Shown here in pieces: positions 38,895 to 47,934 of a stretch of 64,000 nt of DNA; the stretch's first letter is position 1; each line of letters begins with the position of its first letter. The translations under genes were made by a program, and so were the position numbers. A model generated the notes under the pieces. It did not search any database. It was not told the DNA's origin and saw only the letters and a program-made list of their open reading frames with translations. This stretch comes from Candidatus Marinacidobacterium sp. (lineage in GTDB: Bacteria > Acidobacteriota > Vicinamibacteria > Marinacidobacterales > Marinacidobacteraceae), in contig OZ244852.1 of NCBI GenBank assembly GCA_965220965.1, positions 96,001 to 160,000 on the forward strand, given 5' to 3'.

Positions 38895-40433
38895 TTGAAG
38901 CACGTCGCCCTCTTCGGCCGCCCCAACGTCGGGAAATCCACGCTGTTCAACCGGCTCGTCGGCGGCCGCCCGGCGATCGTCCACGCCCGGCCCGGGTCCA
39001 CCCGCGACGGGCGCAAGGAACCGGTGGAGTGGCGCGGCCGCTCCTTCTTCCTCCACGACACCGGCGGCGCGACGACCGACGACGACCTCCACGCCTTCGC
39101 TCCCCAGGTCCGCGACCTCGCGGTCGCCGCGGCGGCCCGGTCGGACGCCATCCTCTTTCTGGTGGACGCCCGCGCCGGGCTCACCGGCGCCGACGAGGTC
39201 CTGGCCGATCTGCTCCGCCGCGCTCCGGACCGCCCGCCGGTCCTGCTCGTCGTCAACAAGGCGGAGTCGAACCCGGAAGCGGCGGCGGCCGACTTCCACC
39301 GGCTCGGCTTCGGCGACCCCTGTCCCATCTCCGCCGAGCACGGCCTGGGGGTCGCCGAACTGCTGGACGCCCTGCATCCCGTCCTGGGGGCGGGGTCCGA
39401 TGAGCCCGAACCGGAAGTCCCCGCCGGGGCGTCGGTCCGCATCGCGATCGTCGGCCGCGCCAACACCGGCAAGTCCACGCTTCTGAACCGGCTGGTCGGC
39501 CGCGAGCGCTCGATCGTCTCCCCGGTCCCGGGGACGACCCGCGACCCGGTCGACGAAACGCTCACCGCGGAGGGCCGCGCGGTCACCCTGGTCGACACCG
39601 CCGGGATCCGCCGTCGCCCCCGCCGGCGCGGCGTGACGGACACGTTCGAAGAGGCCGATTCGCTGGCGGTGCTGCTGGCGGGCAAGGCGATCCGGCGGGC
39701 GGACGTTTCGCTGCTGATGACCGACGCGGTCGAGGGGCCCACGACCCGTGACGCCGCGATCGCCCGGATGATCGAGGACGCCGGCTGCGGCGTCGTCGTC
39801 CTGGCGAACCGCTGGGATCTCGTCACCTCCCGCGCCGCGCGCTGGGCCGAGCTCCGCCTCGACGCGAAGGAGACGCTCCGCCATGTCGCGCACGCCCCGG
39901 TGCTGCGCGTTTCGGCGAAGACCGGCCAGGGTCTCGGGGCGATCTGGAAGGCGGCGTTCCGGGTTCACGAGCAGCGCGCCCGGCGGATCCCGACGGCGGA
40001 GGTGAACCGCTTCCTCGCCGAGGCCTCGGAGCGCTTCGCCCCCCGCGCCCGCACCGGCCGGGAAGTCAGGCTGCTCTACGGCGCGCAGGTCAGCGCCGCG
40101 CCGCCCCGCTTCCGGGTCTTCGTGAATTGCCGGAAGGCGGACCTCCTACCAAGCTATCCCCGCTACCTCCTCGGCGCCCTGCGTCGCCGCTACGGCTTCG
40201 CCGGGGCGCCGGTGCGCCTCGTGGTGGAAGGCAGGAAGGGCCGCGCCGGGCGTGGGAAGCCGGAAGCCGATCCTGCGCCCGCAAAAGGCCGGAGACCACG
40301 CGGCCGGGGCGCGCCGGAGGGCGCCGTACACTCGGAAGCGGCCGCTGAAGCCGGGCGCGAGCGGCCCGCAGGGCTGGTCGGCGCTGTCCCCGAGGCTTCC
40401 GCCAGGCGCCCCGCTTCGCCCGACCCGCCGTGA
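38895..40433 (+). CDS. der: ribosome biogenesis GTPase Der (EngA)
   Basis: Two G domains: [12 protein letters not shown] and [18 protein letters not shown]; KH-like C-terminus. Confidence 0.92.
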   Translation: MKHVALFGRPNVGKSTLFNRLVGGRPAIVHARPGSTRDGRKEPVEWRGRSFFLHDTGGATTDDDLHAFAPQVRDLAVAAAARSDAILFLVDARAGLTGADEVLADLLRRAPDRPPVLLVVNKAESNPEAAAADFHRLGFGDPCPISAEHGLGVAELLDALHPVLGAGSDEPEPEVPAGASVRIAIVGRANTGKSTLLNRLVGRERSIVSPVPGTTRDPVDETLTAEGRAVTLVDTAGIRRRPRRRGVTDTFEEADSLAVLLAGKAIRRADVSLLMTDAVEGPTTRDAAIARMIEDAGCGVVVLANRWDLVTSRAARWAELRLDAKETLRHVAHAPVLRVSAKTGQGLGAIWKAAFRVHEQRARRIPTAEVNRFLAEASERFAPRARTGREVRLLYGAQVSAAPPRFRVFVNCRKADLLPSYPRYLLGALRRRYGFAGAPVRLVVEGRKGRAGRGKPEADPAPAKGRRPRGRGAPEGAVHSEAAAEAGRERPAGLVGAVPEASARRPASPDPP

Positions 40434-40924
40434 CGAACCCGCCATCCCCGCAGAAGATCCCGAACAAGCTCTATTTCCGGATCGGGGAGGTGAGCGAGAT
40501 CACCGGCGTCCAGCCGTACACCCTGCGCCACTGGGAGATGGAGTTCCCGACGCTCAGCCCGCGGAAGAACGACGCCGGGCAGCGGCTCTACTCGAAGACC
40601 GATGTGGGGATGGTCCAGGAGATCCAGCGACTTCTCCACCACGAGGGATACACCACCGCCGGGGCCGTCCGCCTCCTCGCCGAGCGCAAAAGGACGCGGC
40701 GCGGCAAGCCGGCCGCCGCTCGGGCGACCCCGTCCGCTCCCCCACCCGCGGCGAAGCCGGCCCGGGCCGCCGCCCCGTCCCCCGGCAAGCCGTCCCGGGC
40801 CGCCCCGGCCTCCGGGAAGTCGTCTCCTCCCCCCGACGGGGCGCCGGCCGCCGCGAAGAAACTCCTCGCCCTGATGGACGCGAACGACGCCCGGCTCGCC
40901 GAACTCCTCGGCCCCGACTCCTGA
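40430..40924 (+). CDS. MerR family transcriptional regulator
   Basis: [12 protein letters not shown]...[17 protein letters not shown]; adjacent to tRNA-Pro. Confidence 0.9.
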   Translation: MTNPPSPQKIPNKLYFRIGEVSEITGVQPYTLRHWEMEFPTLSPRKNDAGQRLYSKTDVGMVQEIQRLLHHEGYTTAGAVRLLAERKRTRRGKPAAARATPSAPPPAAKPARAAAPSPGKPSRAAPASGKSSPPPDGAPAAAKKLLALMDANDARLAELLGPDS

Positions 40925-40970
40925 CCTGAACCGCCCCCCGGCGTAGAATCCGCCCGGCCCGCATCGCCGT

Positions 40971-41047
40971 CGGGACGTGGCGCAGTCTGGTAGCGCACTT
41001 GCTTGGGGTGCAAGTGGTCGTCGGTTCAAATCCGGCCGTCCCGACCA
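40971..41047 (+). tRNA. tRNA-Pro(GGG)
   Basis: Cloverleaf CGGGACG...CGTCCCG-ACCA; anticodon arm CTTGC-TTGGGGT-GCAAG; GGTTCAAATCC T-loop; TAGAAT -10 at 40944. Confidence 0.95.
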
Positions 41048-41084
41048 ACCCCGGCCGGCCGGAAGAGCGCCGCCGCGCGCGGAC

Positions 41085-42569
41085 TTACGGTTCGGTCTGG
41101 ACGCGGACCATGTAGGGCTCGACGCGTTCGGCCGCCGGGGGCGCCGTCCGCAGCGACACCGCGACCAGCACCACCACGTGGACGGCGGCGCCGTAGACGC
41201 CCGGATGGATGCCGAACCAGGCGAACTCCGGCCACAGGTTCAGCGCCAGCGCCACCAGACACCCCGAGACCAGGCCCCAGATCGCCCCCTCGCGGGTGGC
41301 CCGCCGCCAGAGCATCGCCGCGATGAGCAGCGGGAAGAACTGCGCGATCGCCCCGTAGGACATCAGCAGCAGCCCGACGAGCGACGCCTCGGATCCGACC
41401 GCCAGGTAGTAGGCGAGCGCCCCCATCCCGAGCGCGGTCCAGCGGATGACCCGGGTCTCCGCCGCCGGGGCCCGCGGAGTCTTCCGGTAGGGGCCTTCGA
41501 GGTCCTTGACCAGCACCGAAGCGCCGGCGTGCAGGATCGCGTCGCCGGAGCTCATCGAGGCCGCCAGCGCCCCCGCGCAGAAGAGCCCCACCGCCAGCGC
41601 GGGCAGATCGAGGTCCATGAGGATCGTCGGGAGGATCGTGTCGGCCTCCGCCACGCCGGGGTAGGCGGCGATTCCGGCGAACCCGACGAACAGCACCGGG
41701 ATCAGGAAGATCTGGAACGTCGGATAGAAGACGACCATCCGCTTCAGCGTCCGGACGCTCTTCGCCGCGTAGATCTTCATGAAGTAGTGCGGCCAGACCG
41801 AGAACCCCAGCACCGAGACGATCACCGCGCTCGAGTAGGCGCCCATCCCCCACGGCTCGCCGCTCGCGTCGAGCCCCGGGGCGGTGAGCATTTCGGGGGC
41901 GGAGCGCGCCAGGTCCGCGAACATCGGCCCCACGCCGCCGTGGAGCTTCCACGGCAGGTAGAGGCCGAGACCCCACGCCAGCCCCAGCATGAGCACGCCC
42001 TGGAAGGTGTTCGTCCATCCGACGCCGAGGACGCCGCTTCGCGCCACGTAGATCAGCACGACCCCGTAGGCCAGCGCCGCCCCCGCCCACTCCGGCATCC
42101 GGCCCTCGGTCACCACCGAGAACACGTAGCCCGCGCCCTTCATCTGGATGACGAGGTAGGGAACGAGCGCCGCCGCGCTGACCACCGCCATGATCGCCGG
42201 AATCGCCCGCGGGCTCTCGAACCGGTGCGCGAAGAACTCGGCCTGGGTCACGAACCCGTAGCGCCGGCCGAGCGCCGCGATCCGCGGCCCCAGGAAATAC
42301 CACGGGAGCAGCCCCACGGTTCCGTAGGAGACGATGTAGAACGCCGCGGCGCCCCGCGAGTAGGCCCACCCGGGCGCGCCCAGGAAGGCGAACGCGCTGT
42401 AGATCGAGGCCCCCATGATGAAGTAGAGGACCAGGAATCCCAGATTCCGGTCGCCCGCGACGTACCCCTCGGGGGTGTTCGAGACCCGCCGTCCCGACAC
42501 CAGGCCGATCGCCAGGGTGGCGGCCAGGTAGGCCACCGTTGTCAGGAAGACGATGACCCAGGCGTCCAC
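41085..42569 (-). CDS. sodium:solute symporter family protein
   Basis: YVAGDR, SAFAFLGAPG.AY..G, ALAASMSS.D, many TM segments. Confidence 0.9.
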   Translation of the reverse strand: MDAWVIVFLTTVAYLAATLAIGLVSGRRVSNTPEGYVAGDRNLGFLVLYFIMGASIYSAFAFLGAPGWAYSRGAAAFYIVSYGTVGLLPWYFLGPRIAALGRRYGFVTQAEFFAHRFESPRAIPAIMAVVSAAALVPYLVIQMKGAGYVFSVVTEGRMPEWAGAALAYGVVLIYVARSGVLGVGWTNTFQGVLMLGLAWGLGLYLPWKLHGGVGPMFADLARSAPEMLTAPGLDASGEPWGMGAYSSAVIVSVLGFSVWPHYFMKIYAAKSVRTLKRMVVFYPTFQIFLIPVLFVGFAGIAAYPGVAEADTILPTILMDLDLPALAVGLFCAGALAASMSSGDAILHAGASVLVKDLEGPYRKTPRAPAAETRVIRWTALGMGALAYYLAVGSEASLVGLLLMSYGAIAQFFPLLIAAMLWRRATREGAIWGLVSGCLVALALNLWPEFAWFGIHPGVYGAAVHVVVLVAVSLRTAPPAAERVEPYMVRVQTEP

Positions 42570-42573
42570 GGCG

Positions 42574-42828
42574 TCAGGCCCCCGCTTCCCGGTCGATGCG
42601 CTCGTCGTCGGCCCGGTCGCGCACGAAGATGACGAGGAACGTGAAGAAGACGGCCGCGATCATCAGGCACAGCCACACCATCGAGAACGGCATCCCGAGG
42701 ACGAACGGCTCGATCCCGCCGACCCACGAGTAGATCGGCCAGACGCTGAAGATCAGCACGTCCACGCCGACGCCGAACCCGATCAGGTGCCGCCAGCGCA
42801 GGACGGTCCCGGGTTCCGGCGCGCTCAC
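42574..42828 (-). CDS. DUF3311-like small membrane protein (SSS accessory)
   Basis: GTG overlapping upstream stop; IEPFVLGMPF..VW motif; precedes the SSS gene. Confidence 0.75.
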   Translation of the reverse strand: MSAPEPGTVLRWRHLIGFGVGVDVLIFSVWPIYSWVGGIEPFVLGMPFSMVWLCLMIAAVFFTFLVIFVRDRADDERIDREAGA

Positions 42829-43685
42829 CGCTCCACGACCTCGATCTGGAACAGCGCCGGCCACTTCTTGCCGGTCACGAAGAGGCGTTCTCCCTCGGGA
42901 TCCCACGCGATGCCGTTCAGCACGTCGCTGTCGGGAAGCCGCCTTTCCGGAGCGAGGATCCCGCTCAGGTCGACGAACGAGGTGACGACCCCGTCCTCCG
43001 GCCGGATCCGCGCGATCCGGTCCTCGGTCCAGATGTTGGCCCAGATCTCTCCCCGGATCCACTCGAGCTCGTTCAGGTTCGACAGCGGCTCGCCGTCCGC
43101 GGTGACCGGGAGCGCGCCGGTCTCGCGCAGGCTTCCGGCGTCGAGGAAGCGCAGCGTGTCGGTTCCGTCGCTCATCACGAAGCGCGTCCCGTCGAACGTC
43201 AGACCCCATCCCTCGCCCCGGTAGCGAAACTCGCCCAGCAGCCGGAAGGACTCCGCGTCGTAGACGAACCCGATCCCCGACCTCCAGGTGAGCTGGACGA
43301 TCCGGCCGCCGCCGAGCGCCGACCCCTCCCCGAAGAACAGCGGCAACAGGTCGCGCTGCTCGATCACCCGGCCGGTCTCGAGTTCGACCCTCCGCAGCGA
43401 CGACTCGCCGTAGAGCCCGGTGCTCTCGTAGAGGACGCCGTCGTCAAAGAACAGCCCCTGGGTGAAGGCCCCGGGGTCGTGCGGGAACTCCCGGACCACC
43501 CGGTAACCGAGCTGTCCGACATCCTCGGGCGCGGGGGCCCCGATTTCCGGCGGAGCGGCCGGCGGCTCGACCACCACCGCCCCCGCCGACTCCCCGCAGG
43601 CCCACGCCGCGCCGGAAGCGGCGACCCAGACAGCCCAGAGCCGCAGGGGCCGGACGATCCGCCGCAGGGTCACGCCCCGAATCAT
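42825..43685 (-). CDS. glutaminyl-peptide cyclotransferase (type I, beta-propeller)
   Basis: PHDPGAFTQGL, ESTGLYG, FGEG, GEGWGL, LNELE, VLNGIA, TGKKWP. Confidence 0.92.
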   Translation of the reverse strand: MIRGVTLRRIVRPLRLWAVWVAASGAAWACGESAGAVVVEPPAAPPEIGAPAPEDVGQLGYRVVREFPHDPGAFTQGLFFDDGVLYESTGLYGESSLRRVELETGRVIEQRDLLPLFFGEGSALGGGRIVQLTWRSGIGFVYDAESFRLLGEFRYRGEGWGLTFDGTRFVMSDGTDTLRFLDAGSLRETGALPVTADGEPLSNLNELEWIRGEIWANIWTEDRIARIRPEDGVVTSFVDLSGILAPERRLPDSDVLNGIAWDPEGERLFVTGKKWPALFQIEVVER

Positions 43686-43746
43686 CCCACGCCGGGGAGC
43701 GGGCCCGGGCTGCGGCGCCCTGATGGCGACCTGGAAGCCGGGTGGG

Positions 43747-43923
43747 CCCCCCGAGAGGTGTCGCGCCTGGGTGCCTAGGCGGGCGCGCCCGCGTCAGGTC
43801 CTCGGGGGGGATGAGCGCCGCCTGGCGCCTGTTGCGGGGATGGGGAGGGCCCGTCCTCCCGGGGAGGGTTCGGGAGGGGTTTCCCCTCCCGAGAGAGAAG
43901 TTGCGCTCCCGGCCCGAAGGGCC
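43747..43923. repeat. REP-like composite palindromic element
   Basis: Hairpins CGGGAGGGG-TTT-CCCCTCCCG (43871-43891) and GGCCC-GAA-GGGCC (43911-43923); related element, inverted, at 55275-55357. Confidence 0.5.
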
Positions 43924-44004
43924 GCGTGGGGGGGGCCTGAGCGGTGATGTCGTAGTGGCGACTCGCAGAAACGTAGCCCCCTCCCCCCGTACCGCCCGGT
44001 CTGC

Positions 44005-45330
44005 TCAGACCGGCAGGTGTTCGCGTGTCAGGTTGCGGGGCGCGCCCCCGGTCACCAGCAGGTTGTCCTCGATCCGGACGCCTCCGTAGGGCAGCAGTTC
44101 CTCGACCGCATCCCAGTCGACGGCGGACCGCCGCTTTCCCGCGCGCCACTTCTCGAGGAGCATCGGGATGAAGTAGACGCCCGGCTCCATCGTGATGACG
44201 TGTCCGGCCTCCAGCGTGCGGGTCGTCCGGAGCGAGGGGTGTCCCTCCGGCGGCGCGGCGCGGCTTCCGTCGGGCGCCGCGAGGTGGCCGCCCACATCGT
44301 GGACCTGGATCCCGAGGAAGTGCCCCAGCCCGTGCGGGAAGAACACCCGGCTGAGACCCCGGTCCACCGCTTCGTCCGCGGCAACCCGGATCACGCCCTC
44401 GTCCTTCAGCACCCCGGAGAGCGCCAGGTGCGCTTCGGCGTGGAGCTCGGCCCACGGACGGCCGTCGCGAACTTCGTCGCAGAGCGCCTGCTGCGCACCC
44501 TCCATCGCGGCGGCCAGCGACCGGAAGCGGTCGCTGGCCTTCGCCCCGGCGCGCGTCCGGGTGATGTCCGAGGCGTATCCGGCGACGCGCGCTCCGGCGT
44601 CGATCAACAGGCTCCGCCCCTCGCGGACGTCGCGGCGCTTCCCTTCGTAATGCAGCACCGCGCCCTTCTCGTTCAGCCCCACGATCGTCGGGTAGGGGAG
44701 GGCAGCTTCCTCGTCCCCGACGGCCTCCACGAACGCCCGGTGAATGTCCAGCTCGCTCCCTCCCGCGTGGAAGGCCGCCTCCGCCGCCAGGTGTCCTTCG
44801 GCGGCGACCCGGTTCGCCTCGGAGATGCGATCCACTTCGTAGTCGGTCTTGATGGCCCGCCGCCAGTCCATCCGGTTCAGCAGGTCCTGCGGGTTCCACG
44901 CGAGACCGAGCAGCTCCGCCACCGCGGGGTGTTCGCCGATGAAGGCGGACCGCTTCGAGGGCAGGCGCCGCGCGATCTCCGTCACCTGCGCCCGACGGGA
45001 GCCGCACTCCGCGACCTTGAACCCGGCCGCCCAGTCCGGTTTCCCGATGCGCTGCGGCTCGTACCAGAAGTCGTCCGGGCAGTGCGCCGCGAGGAACGGC
45101 TTCTTCCCCGGCCTCAGGAGCAGGAGGTGGTGCGGAGCCTCCACCGGGCAGAAGTGCAGGAAGTGCGCATTCGCCCGGAAGGGCGCGGGCTGGTCATCCC
45201 GGAAATGGACGTACGGGGCCCCCGCCCCGATGACCACCGCCGCGTAACCGCAGGCGCCCAGATCTTCGCTGACGCCCGCCAGCCGGAGGGCGAGATGTTC
45301 GGCCCACAGGTCGCCGTTACTGTCGGTCAT
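44005..45330 (-). CDS. pepQ: Xaa-Pro dipeptidase (prolidase)
   Basis: LIDAGA...YASDITRT, FPHGLGHFLGIQVHDVGG, TMEPGVYF, YGGVRIEDN; PepQ-type N-terminus. Confidence 0.9.
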   Translation of the reverse strand: MTDSNGDLWAEHLALRLAGVSEDLGACGYAAVVIGAGAPYVHFRDDQPAPFRANAHFLHFCPVEAPHHLLLLRPGKKPFLAAHCPDDFWYEPQRIGKPDWAAGFKVAECGSRRAQVTEIARRLPSKRSAFIGEHPAVAELLGLAWNPQDLLNRMDWRRAIKTDYEVDRISEANRVAAEGHLAAEAAFHAGGSELDIHRAFVEAVGDEEAALPYPTIVGLNEKGAVLHYEGKRRDVREGRSLLIDAGARVAGYASDITRTRAGAKASDRFRSLAAAMEGAQQALCDEVRDGRPWAELHAEAHLALSGVLKDEGVIRVAADEAVDRGLSRVFFPHGLGHFLGIQVHDVGGHLAAPDGSRAAPPEGHPSLRTTRTLEAGHVITMEPGVYFIPMLLEKWRAGKRRSAVDWDAVEELLPYGGVRIEDNLLVTGGAPRNLTREHLPV

Positions 45331-45515
45331 GACGACGAAACTCTACTGACCGCCGCGCCTTCTCCCGGGGATTTCCCCCGGCGCCGCCCGGCGCCGCCGC
45401 CGGCTGCGAGCGCGGCTCATCCCCGGCGCCGCTCGTCCCGTGGTGGCCACTGCTGTGGTACGTTTGGCGGTTCGAGTCCAACGCGGCCGCGGGCCGCCAT
45501 TCCGGAGACACCCCC

Positions 45516-45851
45516 ATGAAACGCATCCTTTTTCTTCTCTCGGTTCTCGCTCTGGCGCTCGGCTTCGCCGCCTTCGCCTCCGCCGACGAGGCGACGTACA
45601 CCGGCTGGATCTCCGACGCCGCCTGCGCCAAGGACTATTCCAAGGCGGCCGACGCCGGCCACAAGGGCTGCGCCACCGGCTGTCTCTCGAACGGCGACAG
45701 CGTCGCGCTCGCGAGTCCCGACGGATTCCACATTCTCGACATCTCCACCGAGATGGCGCTCGAGCATCTCGGCATGGAAGTCCAGGTGACCGGAACGCTC
45801 GACGAGGCCACGAACACCATCCAGGTCACGTCGATCAAGGCCAGTTCCTGA
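45516..45851 (+). CDS. small secreted Cys-containing hypothetical protein
   Basis: Signal peptide; TGWISDAAC...H..CATGC; GGAG RBS. Confidence 0.75.
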   Translation: MKRILFLLSVLALALGFAAFASADEATYTGWISDAACAKDYSKAADAGHKGCATGCLSNGDSVALASPDGFHILDISTEMALEHLGMEVQVTGTLDEATNTIQVTSIKASS

Positions 45852-46014
45852 TCGGCTCGTCCCGACCCTCGGACCCGGGATTCGCAACGCGCTGTTGCGG
45901 TGTCGCGGGTGTGGCGCTTGACTGGTGGAAGCCGGTCGGCGTCATGTGATACATTCCGAACGCTTTTATGGACCGGGCCGCGCCCGGAAGCCCCAGCCTA
46001 TGGAGGTAGGTGGC

Positions 46015-47841
46015 ATGAAGTCCCCTGATCGGAGTTTTCCGAATCGCACTCCCCTGTCCACGGCCAGCCGTGTTCTCTTTGTGCTGTTCCTCGCGCTCGG
46101 CGCGGGCCTCGGGTGGGTAGCCTGCGGCGACGAAGAGACGACGGCCCCCGCGCCGACGCCGACGCCCACGCCGACCCCAACCCCCGCGCCGGAGCCTGCG
46201 GCTCCGTCCGTTCCTGGCAACCTGAGGGTTTCCGCGACCGGGCCGACGTGGATCGAGTGGGCCTGGGACGCCGTTGACGGCGCAGGCGGCTACGAGGCGC
46301 AGTTCAGCGCGGACGACTCGTTCACCGACGAGGATCCGACCTTCCTGAAGACCGCGGAGCAGACCAGCCACCGCGTGGAGAACCTCGCTGGCGCGACGTC
46401 GGGGAACTTCCGCGTGCGCGCCGTGGTCGGAAGCGGGGACGACGCGGAGCGCAGCGACTGGTCCGCCTCGGTTTCGGGCATGACCGACGCCTCCGGGCCG
46501 GCGCCCGGGCCCACGCCGCTGGCGACGCCCGGCAACCTCCGCTCGACCGACCGGGACAGCACCAGCATCGATCTCGCGTGGAACTCCGTTCCGAACGCCG
46601 ACGGCTACGAGATCGAGCAGCGGGAGGACGGCGAGTCCGCCTGGAGCACCGCGAGCTGCAGCGGCTCGGACAACCTGGTCGACGGGACGAGCTGCGAGGT
46701 CACCGGACTGGACCGCGGAACGTCCTATGACTTCCGGGTGCGGGCGCTTCCGGAGCAGGGAACCGACCTCGGCAACAGCGAGTGGGCCGAGACGTCCAGC
46801 GCGATCAGCACGACCGGCACGGCCGCGGCGCCGCCGGCGAGCACCGGTGAGGGCGACCTGAACGTCACCTGGTCGACGACGGGAACCGCGATCACCTGGT
46901 ACTGGGAGCAGGTCGAGGACCGGACCGTGGAATACGAGACCGCGATCGTTGACGGCGCCGTTGGCGAGGCCGAGTGTCCCGACGGTGACAGCGCCGACTG
47001 GACGAGCCAGAACGGGGCGACCCGGCAGAGCGCCGACGTGACCGCCGGCGGCGTGCGGCTCCTCTGCGTGCGCACCAACACCGATGATGGCCCGAGCGCG
47101 CCCTCCTTCGCCTGGGCGACGATCCCGGTCGATCTGGGCGCCGCCACCGCGAACGACAACGCCGCGGGCACCAGCACGACCTCCATCAGCGTTGCCGGAG
47201 TTGTCCTGAACCCCGGCTTCAGCTACGACTTCCGCCAGTTGATCACCAGCGTGAGCGACGCTTCCTTCGCCGCCGGCGATTGCAAGGATGGAACGGCGCT
47301 GGACGCCGAGACGACGGACATCACCGTCACCCTGGGCGCCTACCGGATCACGAACCTCGCGAGCTACACGCGCTACGGCGTCTGCTACCGGGCCGAGACC
47401 GACGCCGGAGAGTCGGCGTGGCAGCTCACCGAGACGGGAGCGGTCACGCTTCCGGGCGCGCCGCCGAGCCCGAGGGCTGTGGACACGAGCCTGGACGCCG
47501 GCTCCACGGACCTGGAGTGGACCGTGGCCTCCCGGGGCCGGGACGACATCCCGCGCAGCGGCGTGGCCGCCAATTACGAGTTCAAGGTGCTCGTTGCGGC
47601 GGCCAACGGAAGGAATCCGGTCGTCGCCGATTGCTCGACGCCCGGAGACGGCGTCACCGAGCAGCGAGGCGCGATCACTTCAACGAACACGCAGGACGGC
47701 TTCGACGTTACGGCCGTGATCACGGCCCCCTCGACGGCCATGGACTACGCGCTGTGCGTCCAGGCCAAGCTGGACGGCAGCAACCGCGTCGGCCCCTGGG
47801 CGATCGGCCAGGAGATCCGGATCGCGGCTCCGAGTTCCTGA
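46015..47841 (+). CDS. fibronectin type III domain lipoprotein, paralog 1
   Basis: GGAGGTAGG RBS; lipobox WVAC; PT-rich linker; PGNLR..W..V..A.GYE FN3 repeats. Confidence 0.85.
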   Translation: MKSPDRSFPNRTPLSTASRVLFVLFLALGAGLGWVACGDEETTAPAPTPTPTPTPTPAPEPAAPSVPGNLRVSATGPTWIEWAWDAVDGAGGYEAQFSADDSFTDEDPTFLKTAEQTSHRVENLAGATSGNFRVRAVVGSGDDAERSDWSASVSGMTDASGPAPGPTPLATPGNLRSTDRDSTSIDLAWNSVPNADGYEIEQREDGESAWSTASCSGSDNLVDGTSCEVTGLDRGTSYDFRVRALPEQGTDLGNSEWAETSSAISTTGTAAAPPASTGEGDLNVTWSTTGTAITWYWEQVEDRTVEYETAIVDGAVGEAECPDGDSADWTSQNGATRQSADVTAGGVRLLCVRTNTDDGPSAPSFAWATIPVDLGAATANDNAAGTSTTSISVAGVVLNPGFSYDFRQLITSVSDASFAAGDCKDGTALDAETTDITVTLGAYRITNLASYTRYGVCYRAETDAGESAWQLTETGAVTLPGAPPSPRAVDTSLDAGSTDLEWTVASRGRDDIPRSGVAANYEFKVLVAAANGRNPVVADCSTPGDGVTEQRGAITSTNTQDGFDVTAVITAPSTAMDYALCVQAKLDGSNRVGPWAIGQEIRIAAPSS

Positions 47842-47934
47842 TCGAGGCGGGGCGACCGGCCCGGTGGGCAGCGACCTTGCGTCGCGCGCCCGCCGGGCCC
47901 CGCCCCGGTACCCCGGCTTCCGGACGGGGCTGGC

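Noticed and set aside
39800-40433. Der as a pseudogene (G4 NRWD, basic C-terminal extension)
   Set aside because: Frame is intact, the K-to-R change is conservative, and the tail ends in a GTGA overlap with merR.
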